Source of the DNA: Bugula neritina
Lineage: Eukaryota > Animalia > Bryozoa
Reading direction: 5' to 3'
Assembly: GCA_964035545.1 (NCBI GenBank)
Contig: OZ037769.1
Span: forward strand, 9,074,129-9,138,128
DNA length: 64,000 nucleotides
The first letter of the stretch is position 1; each line of letters starts with the position of its first letter. The notes under the pieces are model-generated. The model was given only the letters and a program-made list of their open reading frames with translations, did no database searches and was not told the DNA's origin. The position numbers and the translations under genes are program-made. This document shows, piece after piece, positions 1-9,480 of the stretch.

Positions 1-745
1 GAGAGAGATCACATAAGGTTTAACCTTGATGTTTACAAAATGTAAACAAAGTAACACATATTGCATGCATGAAAAATTTTTGTAAAAATTCCCTCAATAA
101 ATATTTTCAACCTCACAGTATATACTACTATTGATTGAACAAAATTTATCTTCTAGCACAGTAATCATTCAAGCGCAAAGAAAAAAATTAATGTATAATT
201 AATTACCCCAGCCGTGAGTAAAATGATTTCTCAGTGTGAGTAATGGGGAATATAACACAGGGATGGGGTCCCAAATGCTCCACATATACTACTTATTAGT
301 AAATAAAGCCTATTTTCGAATTTGATATGTATCTATTGGTGTCCGGTAAAAATGACACCGATGAAAATGGCACAGGTAATATATCAGCCAGATAGAAGTT
401 TGTTAGCCTCAATCTCAATTTGCTTTTGGCATACCCCATTCGAGAGAATTATTGTAACTGTTCACATTAATATGTGCTAGCAGTCATGATTCATATAGTA
501 AACTCCGAAAAAAAGCAAAATTCAAGAAGGATTGAAACTGAACTAAATTTTTATCTTACTAAGAGACTAAAAGGCCACATTTACCAGCTCAAAAGGCTGC
601 CAAAAATCAAAAGGCCGCAGGTTGAGCATCGCTGGTTTAGCTCTATATCTTTGTTTCTTGACATCACTAACTTTATAAGTAACAAAATTTACTCACTGAG
701 CTGAGAGTTACACAGTTTGCCAGTCTAAAGTTGTGTGTTTTTTGG

Positions 746-780
746 TATAAAACATCACCATTCTGAAATTTACATCATTC
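746..780 (+). promoter_or_regulatory. TATA box plus initiator upstream of ORF 814
   Basis: TATAAAA at 746-752, TCATTC about 29 nt downstream (775-780); AATAAA near 1359 after the stop. Confidence 0.55.
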
Positions 781-813
781 ATCGTTATATGTTTTGAGCG
801 CAAAGGTTACTCA

Positions 814-1329
814 ATGATGACAGAAGTAGAAAATTTTCCCTTGCAAAATAAAGATCCTATATTTAATGAACAAGATGCAAATATGGCTGAAGACGAGTTA
901 GATGTGGCGAGAAAAGTTGTACATAATCGGAATACACTCATTAATAAAGTTTCGACCGGGAGAGATAATGCAAAGAATGAATGGAGTTTTTCAGAACTAA
1001 AAAAGAAACCTATCGCTATTATCCTCGTAGCCCATTTTTTATCATTGAATGTAATCAACTTAGTTATGAGCGGCAATGGTAGCTTTTCTGGAAAGATGTT
1101 TTCAACTAATTATACTTTAGACAGAATGTTCAATAACTGCACAAAACACTTTGAAATGACTGACAATTTAAAACTAGCTGTTTGCAACACTAAAGTTCAT
1201 GGAGATTTTATAACTATACAATATTCTTTCTTGAATGGTAATATGTCTCAGAGTGATGCGTCTCCACCATCCAAGCTGTTAACAGTTTTGACTGAACACA
1301 TTTTAGAAAATAATTATTACGGAATGTAA
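814..1329 (+). CDS. Maverick accessory protein, 171 aa, unknown function (weak PC4-like C-terminal segment)
   Basis: Open ORF flanked by TATA/Inr and a poly(A) signal; HFEMTDNLKLAVCNTKVHGDFITIQY loosely resembles a PC4-type beta-sheet. Confidence 0.55.
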   Translation: MMTEVENFPLQNKDPIFNEQDANMAEDELDVARKVVHNRNTLINKVSTGRDNAKNEWSFSELKKKPIAIILVAHFLSLNVINLVMSGNGSFSGKMFSTNYTLDRMFNNCTKHFEMTDNLKLAVCNTKVHGDFITIQYSFLNGNMSQSDASPPSKLLTVLTEHILENNYYGM

Positions 1330-1529
1330 TGTTTTTCTGTATACAACTCATAGCCTATAATAAAATGTTATATGGAAACAAAAAAACATGTCTCATGGTC
1401 CAACTCTATTTGCAGCTCCATTTTTAAACTTATAACTTGATAAAAATTTTCTGAAACTCAAAAAGCAGAAAAAAGATAATTAACCTTATGCTAATGATGT
1501 CCGAAACTTTGACAGAGTAAAAATTATTA

Positions 1530-1945
1530 TTAGCAAAAATCAGGAGGTGACACAGCGGTTTCCAATTTAATCAATGGGAAGTAAAACATAATAAAATATG
1601 TATAACCTACGTAAACTGATATACTATCGCCCAGTTATTAAACCCTAGATGGGTGGATTGTTATTAAATTTTAACCACTCAATTCCTCATTATAGTTAGA
1701 AATCGGAAAATTTTTCAGCTAAGATAAATGACACGGCAATTTCTAAATTACGGATGGGAAGTGTCCCAGTTAAAATTTAAATACATATGCAACTGTCAAA
1801 ACACGTATCACCTACGTAAACTGATATAATATTGCTTACGTGAGTAAACCTTAAACCGGCAGATTATATTTAAAATGTTACCACCCAACTCTCTATAATA
1901 AAAAAGAGGTAAACTTTTAGTTAAGATAAATTTCATTTACGTAGG
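1530..1945. repeat. Imperfect ~205-bp tandem duplication carrying CCTACGTAAA motifs
   Basis: ACCTACGTAAACTGATATA at 1605 and 1810; paired ATGGGAAGT and TAAGATAAAT blocks; inverted copy TTTACGTAGG at 1936-1945. Confidence 0.8.
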
Positions 1946-1965
1946 AATAAATTACAAAATCTCAG

Positions 1966-2030
1966 TATATAAAAGCCTCGAAAAACTTCTATGTTTCATC
2001 GCATCTCAAACCATACAGCAAACACCATGG
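1966..2030 (+). promoter_or_regulatory. TATA box, initiator and strong Kozak start
   Basis: TATATAAAAG 1966-1975, TCATC 1996-2000, ACCATGG with ATG at 2027. Confidence 0.65.
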
Positions 2031-3248
2031 GAGATTTAGTAAAGAAGTTAGAAGCTGAACTACTACAACTCAGAAGAAAAGTGGGAAAAACGAGTACTAG
2101 TTCCAGTACAGTTGAACCACTCAAAGCCTTAAAGCCTTCTAAAAGAAAAAAGTAAGTAATAATATATTTCTTTTGGATATCTTACCACTATAACCGGTTA
2201 GAATATTATTAACACGAGAATGATTTTAGTTTACTATAGCGTTAGCTTTCTATAACTATGCTAACCTTTTTTATCAGCTAAAAGTAGTATCTTATTCATT
2301 ACAATAATATTATTTTAGTGAATCAAAGCGTAAGAAACCGGCATCAATTTCAAAGGTGGATGAGTCGACTAGCGAGCCATCTGTATCTACCAGCGTGAGG
2401 TTAGTAGAATATCGTAACTCATCAATCATCTGTAAGACTCACAATTAATTGTATTCACTTGACAAACTATAAACAAATAGAAAGACGTTTGTCGAGTAAT
2501 AAATTATATTACGTAGAATAAGTTACATATTATAAAGCATAGTAATAAATCCCTCTTTTTTAGCGTTACTACCATTCCTTCCTCTATGACGTCGTCTATT
2601 CCATCCGCTAGTTCCTCTACTGCTACAACTGTTACTACAAGTGATGATGCTGCCACTGCTGCTACCGCTGTCGATCAGAGCAAAACAGCTGCAAATGAAG
2701 AAGGTTGCTATCTAGTTCCTCTTAATTATGATCAATCACAATTCTCCTACTACACTGACAATGACAAGATAATACCTACATTTAACCATTCGCGTAAAAA
2801 ATTTTTCAAATCCGATGAATTTAAAGGTGAATTAAAAATTTACGAATGGAAAATTCCCAACAGTGGGCCATGTTTATATGTAAAAAAATCCAAACACCTA
2901 GAACTTTTTAAAACAAAGCTAGCTAAAATTTTTGAAAAAAAAGTTAAATTTTACGGTAAAAGTGAAAACGCAACATTGCTCGGGTGTCATGTTGACGTGG
3001 TCAGAAACATGAAAGATGAGATTTGCGTAAACGCTGTAGTCAACGGACAACCTGTGTTATTAAATGTACAACAACTTTATGGAAAAGTGGGAAAATTAAC
3101 TTGCGTTTTGAGAAGCGGTGTGATAAAAAAAGTAAACGAGGAGTTATTTTGGTCACTAAATGTGACCGAAATTAAAGTAGATGACATATCACCAGATGAA
3201 TATAATTATTTTAAGCGATCGGAGCCAATCATAAAATTTTTAGGCTGA
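2027..3248 (+). CDS. Three-exon Maverick gene (2027-2151, 2319-2399, 2564-3248; 296 aa), putative OB-fold ssDNA-binding protein
   Basis: GTAAGT..TTTTAG and GTTAGT..TTTTTTAG introns, both phase 2, join an open frame: coiled-coil/basic N-terminus, Ser/Thr/Ala linker, globular domain ending KLTCVLRSGVIKKVNEELFWSLNVTEIKV. Confidence 0.75.
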
Positions 3249-3364
3249 CGGACTGACACTGAATTTATAACGATATGAATATGTTGTATTTTTTGGTGAT
3301 GGGGAAATATTTTATGTTGGTGAATGGAATACTTTTATGCGTATTATTGTTTAAAATATTGTTA

Positions 3365-3525
3365 CAATATATCTCAATATATACTCGGTGAAAAGAAATT
3401 CAATTCTAGCACCGCTACTATTGAACACAGAATGTATAAAAGCAAGTTGTTAATATACAACATCTATATACTTCAATCTATTTCAATCTATTTCAATATA
3501 TCTTAATATATACTCGGTGAAAAAG
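3365..3525 (+). repeat. Pair of ~31-bp direct repeats flanking a TATA box upstream of pPolB
   Basis: CAATATATCTYAATATATACTCGGTGAAAA at 3365 and 3494; TATAAAAG at 3435. Confidence 0.75.
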
Positions 3526-3732
3526 TTTAAAACACTGTTCTTCTGGCTCTGATGAAGAGTGTAGTAAACCTGACAATTCTAACTGATAATGCCACTATAT
3601 GTCAAGTATATACATTTAAGAATGTATCTATTTACATATTATTAAACTATCACTCTATTTGAAGTAATTTTCTTTGATCCTTGCATCTCTATCAAGGTGG
3701 TTAAAAGAATAATTTATACTTCAATGTTTTAG

Positions 3733-6700
3733 AAAAATTCAAGTGTCACATATGTGGAAAAAGTTATAACCACAGGCAAAGTTTGAGTAGACACCAAAGT
3801 ATCCACAAAAAAAGATGTGATCAATGTAAACGGTTGTATGCACCGTGGAAAACGAATCACCGATGTCATAACACGGTAATTTATCTACTGAGTGATACGA
3901 TACGATATGAATATGATCATACTACATATACTATCACAACAAACTCAAAGCTAACTAATCAATGGTAATCTTGGTAAATTTTAGAATACAAACTCAAACG
4001 GAGCAGAAAGAAGGTCAAACACAAAGCCTCAAATCACTTTCAGTGATGATATTGAACGCTATCAGTACAAAGGCATTTACGAAGAGGAAACAAATGCTCT
4101 ATTGAGAAAAAACTGGTCAGCTATAAAAACGTACAACAGAAAAGGGAAATATTGTAGTGTCTACAATCGATTGATAAAAGACAATAACATTATTTCTACT
4201 TTAAACAATAAAGAAGTGAAATTAATATTTCATGAACAAACATTGAAATTCAAATGCAATGCTTCAATTGGTTTTATCCTTTTGAATCAAAATGAGGAAA
4301 AGTTGAGATACTTTCATGCTAGCATGGGTGTTGATAAACTTTTTGCCTTGCCAAAGCTAATAGAGAATTTACAAGCTTTCAATCAACTTGTGAAAGAAAT
4401 GACAGAAAAAGATTTCGTGGAGAAAGCAATTCAGAACAGGCCAAACACTTCGTGGAGTGTTCACAAAATAACAAATATTACATTGTATGTATTTCCTATA
4501 CCAGACCACAATATCGGATGCCCTATATCTCCATCTGAGAGAACAAAACAAAACAAAGCAATTATAACAGCTAGCACTAATACAACTGGAAGACTGTATG
4601 AAGACAACTTATGTCTATTTAGAGCTCTAGCTTACTCAAAGGGGCAGCAGAGTACTTTAACACAGTCTACGAAACATTATTATGAAATGTACTTGAATGG
4701 TATGAACAAACTGAATCAAGATTTTAAAGGAGTGCCTTTATCAGACCTCAGATTTGCCGAGAGAATACTAAACTGTTCTATTAATGTGTACACCTTGAAA
4801 TACAATACAGGGAAAGAAGCTAATGCAAAGCTTATGTACAGAGCTACTACCAATTACAAACACAAACTAAACCTACATCTAGAGGAATCACATTTCAGTT
4901 GGATAAAAAACATCTCTCTTTACACAAAGTCATACAAATGTACATTTTGTAACAAGCTAATGAAATCAGTCAGAGCGTTGAATAGTCATAGCACAGTATG
5001 TACAGCTGGTGAAACAAACTTTGTGTATCCCTACGGGGTGTATACTCCGTCTCGATCTATTTTTGAAAAGCTTGAAGATGTTCACATCACAGTTGATGAA
5101 AATAGACGACATTATCCGTACTTTGCTGTGTTTGATTGCGAAACGATTATGTCTTCGATTGATTTATTTGCAAACACAAATACAATACACTATAAAAACA
5201 AACACAAATTGGCTTGTATAAGTCTATGCTCAAACGTATCTGGCTATACACAACCAGTGAATTTCATGAATTCTGGAAATGAATACGAGCTGGTTGTGAA
5301 AATGATGGATTTCCTTACAAAGCTGTCTGAAGTATGCTACCAGAGATTGCTTGTTAGATACAATGATGTGTTTAAACAACTACGTGAAAAAGCTGACGAG
5401 TGTATCAAGAAAGAAATTGAAGCTAGTTGTAATAACAAAGCAGTGAACAATGTCAAAAAAAGTTTGAATCACTAGAAAGTCAACTCCACTGTTATTTGAA
5501 AGACTTGATGGTCTTGTCTTTCAACGGCGCTGTCTATGACATTCCATTGATTCGACAACATATGCTACGGTATCTATTAGAACAAAACCAAAAAGTTTTG
5601 TTTACAGCTAAAAAAGGAAACAAATACGTGTGTATTCAAACGGAAAAATTAAGATTTCTAGACGTGCTCAATTTTCTTGCTCCAGGGTTTTCGTACTCTG
5701 ATTATTTAAAAGCTATGGGAGTTGAAGGGGAAAAATTCTTCTGGCCTTATGACATATTCACATCTATGGAAGTGCTAGACAGAACAGAGTTCCCCGCTCA
5801 TGAAGAGTTTTACAGTAAACTGAAAGGTAAAAACATATTCGTTCAGGAGTATGAAAAATGCAAAGAAATATGGGTACAGAAAGAAATGAAAACATTAAAA
5901 GACTCACTAGAGTACTACAATAACGAAGATGTCAGACACTTTATACCAGCATTATTAGAAAAGCAAAATGAATTTTACAAATCATGCAATCTTGATTTCA
6001 AGTCAGCTATATCTATACCAGGACTAGCGATTCAATATTTATTTCAATTAAAAGACCCAGAAGCGCCAATCTTTCTGTTTGGTGATAAGTTTAAAGACAT
6101 TCACCAACTTATCAAATCAAACATTAGAGGTGGTTTATCAATTGTGTTCTCAAGGTATCAAGAAGCTGGCGCAACAAAGATTAAACCTGAATACTTTGGT
6201 GACCAAACCAAAACTACGCAAACATGTGTAGGATATGATGCGACAAGTTTATATTTGAGTTGCCTAGTGAAAGATGTGCCCACAGGAGCCTTTGTAAGAA
6301 GGCGGAGAGAAAATAGCTTTAGAATAGAAAAAAGCTACTATTCGGGTGAAAAAGCCACAGTATGGCTAAAATACATGTCAAAGCTGCTTGGAGTCAAAAT
6401 TCAACACAAGTTTAACAGCACCGAACGTCAAATAGGTGGACGAAACATACCAGTCAATGGATACGCCCTGGCGAATGATGGTAGTGAACTAGTGTTCAAC
6501 TACTTAGGATGCTGGTTTCACGGACATCTATGCGACTATTGTCCAAATGGAAAGTTTATTAACAAAGAAAAAGATTTACAAAATCAAATAGACACATACA
6601 ATACGCTGAAATATTTCCAAGATTTGGGTTACAGAGTCTACCATACTTGGGAGTGTGAATTTGATAATTTGAAAAAGGAAAACAGTGATGTCAGTGAGTT

Positions 6701-8137
6701 CTGCTCAAATCTGGACTTCATTGTTGATTCAAGATACGTAATATCAGAAAGCAAAATACTGGGAGAAATCAAAAATGGTTCAATGTTTGGAATGGCTGAA
6801 GTTGATATAGAAACACCTGAAGACTTGAAAACAATATTTGCTGAATATCGACCTATACAAAAAAATGTACTGATTTCAAGGGATGACATAGGCCCACACA
6901 TGAAACAATTTGCAGAACGAAATGGTTTACTAAAAAAGCCATCACGTACTTTAATCAGTAGCTATTTCGGGAACAAAATCCTTTTATCCACCCCGCTACT
7001 GCAATGGTACCTACAACACGGCTTAGTGGTTACAAAAGTATATCAAGTAATTCAATACAAGCCATCAAAATGCTTCAAGCTGTTTGGTGAAAAGGTAATG
7101 GAGGCTAGGAGAGCTGGTGACCTCGATTCCTCAAAGAAGATTATATCGGATTCATGCAAACTAATAGGTATTTAGTAAATATTGAAATGTTTAAACATAG
7201 CACTTATTCAATGGTAATTAATATGCAAATCACTTAAGCATCTAGCAAGAGCGATAACTTTTGCATTAATTAATTAATCAATATATTTCAAAATAATCCA
7301 CTTCGCTATATTTCAGGAAACTCCGCGTATGGCCGAACACTAGTCAACCTGGAGAGTCACACTGATATCCTATATTATGATGCTGAAGAGACAAACATTT
7401 CAAGACTGGTAAACAATCCAAGATTTAACAGCTTACAAGAAATTGATTCTCAACTAGTTGAAATTGAATCACGAAAAGCTAAGATTAGACTCAATGTACC
7501 AGTACAAATTGGCTTTCAAGTATTGGAGTATGCAAAGCTAGCCATGTTGAAATTCTATTACGATTTCGTGTTAAAGTTTCTATCTCTAGACAGTTTTGCT
7601 TTGATTCAAATGGACACTGACTCAATGTATTTAGCTCTAAGTGAAAAAACTTTGTACCTAGCGGTTAAAAGTGATATGAGAAATGAATTTGAACAAGAAC
7701 ACACTAGTTGGATGTGTAGAGAATATTGCGATGAACACAAGTCACAGTATTTTCAATGTATGTTTAACGGGCAAACCTGGAATCCATTAGACTGTTGTAA
7801 AGCTAGTGCCAAGTTCCACAAAAGATCTTTGGGGTTGTTTCACTGCGAAAATGTCTCCCGAGGTGTTGTAGCGCTTTGCTCCAAATGTTACTATTGTTTC
7901 GGGGAAGAACCTAAATACAGTTCAAAAGGTGTCAGTAAATTGCACAACAACTATACCGAAAAAGATTACTCCGATGTATTGATAAATCAGAAAATTGCTT
8001 ACGGTACGAACAAGGGTTTTCGAGTAAAAGGTGAAGAAATATTCACGTACGTTCAAAATCGAAAAGCTTTAAATTATTTTTACGGAAAGAGAATTGTATC
8101 ACAAGATCACGTGACAACCAAACCTTCTTTACTGTAA
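3733..8137 (+). pseudogene. polB: Spliced protein-primed family B DNA polymerase (exons 3733-3875, 3985-7167, 7317-8137) with one frameshift at the A7 run 5455-5461
   Basis: Exo I VFDCET, Exo II FNGAVYD, Exo III YYNNEDV, Pol A GYDATSLY, Pol B KLIG^NSAYG restored by splicing 7168-7316, Pol C MDTDS; N-terminal C2H2 finger CHICGKSYNHRQSLSRHQSIH. First exon/start uncertain (candidate ATG 3599 with donor at 3606). Confidence 0.93.
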
Positions 8138-8219
8138 AAAAAACTGTATTCAGTTAGCGCGTTCAGTTAATTGGTATTTCACTGTTCGGTTGATAGGTCG
8201 CAACAATCAATATTCTACG

Positions 8220-8672
8220 ATGGAAAATTTATATCTATTACAGAAAAACGGTTATAATTATATATGGTACAAGCTTTCGAAAATGAGTAGACAACATTAC
8301 GTTAACTATTGTATAACGCAAACCGTTTTGGACATGTACAATAAACATCAAAATTGGAGTGAGGAAGAAATAAATGAATTGGTCGAAATAGCCGAGGATA
8401 TGTACGAGACTAATGGTTACGTTCAGTTTTGTAAAGTGGCAAAAGATTTGACTGATCCAAATATCTCAGCTATTCGCTTAGAAACAAATTTTTTCTTGTG
8501 CGTGCAACTTTGCAAAATGTATATCGAGGCTGGAGAACATTTCGCAGTGAAATATTTTATTCAACAGATCCAATGGAACTTGGGAATAGCTCTCGAGAAA
8601 CAAAACAATGTACAATTGTTTATTTTGTATATAATTGTGTATATTTGCCTAAACTTGCCTAAACATGCCTAA
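8220..8672 (+). CDS. Putative viral Bcl-2-like protein (150 aa from ATG 8220)
   Basis: Helical protein with BH3-like LVEIAEDMYE, BH1-like YVQFCKVAKDLTDPNISAIRLETNFFLCVQLC and a hydrophobic C-terminal tail LFILYIIVYICL; by-eye match only. Confidence 0.55.
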   Translation: MENLYLLQKNGYNYIWYKLSKMSRQHYVNYCITQTVLDMYNKHQNWSEEEINELVEIAEDMYETNGYVQFCKVAKDLTDPNISAIRLETNFFLCVQLCKMYIEAGEHFAVKYFIQQIQWNLGIALEKQNNVQLFILYIIVYICLNLPKHA

Positions 8673-8720
8673 ACTTGCCTAAACATGGCTGAACTTGCCT
8701 AAACATGCCTGAACTTGCCT
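8651..8720. promoter_or_regulatory. Tandem array of 7 p53-family half-sites (RRRCWWGYYY) with zero spacing
   Basis: AAACTTGCCT AAACATGCCT AAACTTGCCT AAACATGGCT GAACTTGCCT AAACATGCCT GAACTTGCCT: six perfect, one with a single mismatch. The repeat is certain; the function is inferred. Confidence 0.7.
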
Positions 8721-8815
8721 AAATCTATTTATACTTTTTTATGCCTATTAATATTTTTGTACATTACTTGATACAATTATTTGGGAATAAACTCTCGGAA
8801 TATACAGTTAACATC

Positions 8816-9466
8816 ATGAGCTTACCTTTCTACCATACATTTTCAGCGATTGTAGCTGGTCCTTCAAGGGCTGGTAAAACTCAGTGGGTAAGGAAATTGA
8901 TTACCAACAGTCATACAATGATATCACCTACACCTGAAAAAATAATATATTGTTATAGTGAGTGGCAGCCACTGTTTAGCTCATACAACAACGTTGAGTT
9001 TCATCAAGGTATTATCGATATACAAGAATTAAACAAAAATATAAAAAACTTGATAATATTTGATGATTTAATGAGTGAAATAGATCAAAATATTGAAAAC
9101 ATATTTACTAAGCACAGTCACCATCGCAACATAAGCGTAATATTTATAACACAGAATCTGTTTCAAGACAACTCTCACATGAGAACAATGTCTCGAAGCG
9201 CTTCGCATGTTGTTGTATTTAAAAACCCTAGAGACGTAAACCAGATATCCTATTTGGCAGGACAAATGTTTTCTAAAAACCAGAGTAATTTTGTTGTTGA
9301 AGCGTTTCGAGACGCAACTTCTGTCCCCTTTGGGTACTTGGTTATAGACTACAGGCAAGAAACAGAAGACTATTTGTGCATTAGAACAGGTGTATTTCCG
9401 GGTGAGAAAACCTATATCTATTTGTCAAACAGAAACGCTATTTCATTACAAAGAAATGCAGCTTGA
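8816..9466 (+). CDS. A32/FtsK-like genome packaging ATPase
   Basis: Walker A GPSRAGKT, Walker B LIIFDDL, HHRNISVIFITQNLF, FKNPRD; likely start ATG 8816. Confidence 0.95.
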   Translation: MSLPFYHTFSAIVAGPSRAGKTQWVRKLITNSHTMISPTPEKIIYCYSEWQPLFSSYNNVEFHQGIIDIQELNKNIKNLIIFDDLMSEIDQNIENIFTKHSHHRNISVIFITQNLFQDNSHMRTMSRSASHVVVFKNPRDVNQISYLAGQMFSKNQSNFVVEAFRDATSVPFGYLVIDYRQETEDYLCIRTGVFPGEKTYIYLSNRNAISLQRNAA

Positions 9467-9480
9467 AGCTGACATAAATC

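Noticed and set aside
1-60. GAGAGAGA at the window start as the Maverick left TIR
   Set aside because: Its reverse complement was not found after the protease gene, and host-repeat fragments follow at 338-634.
1384-1393. Isolated p53 half-site AAACATGTCT
   Set aside because: Single half-sites are expected by chance several times in 64 kb and there is no adjacent partner.
5452-5475. Programmed -1 ribosomal frameshift joining the pPolB ORFs
   Set aside because: The in-frame heptamer is C-AAA-AAA or A-AAA-AGT, not XXXYYYZ, and the element has many other lesions; one lost A in a homopolymer is simpler.
8741-8815. N-terminal extension of the ATPase from ATG 8741
   Set aside because: Family-like sequence begins at MSLPF (8816); the upstream part is AT-rich and probably promoter or UTR.
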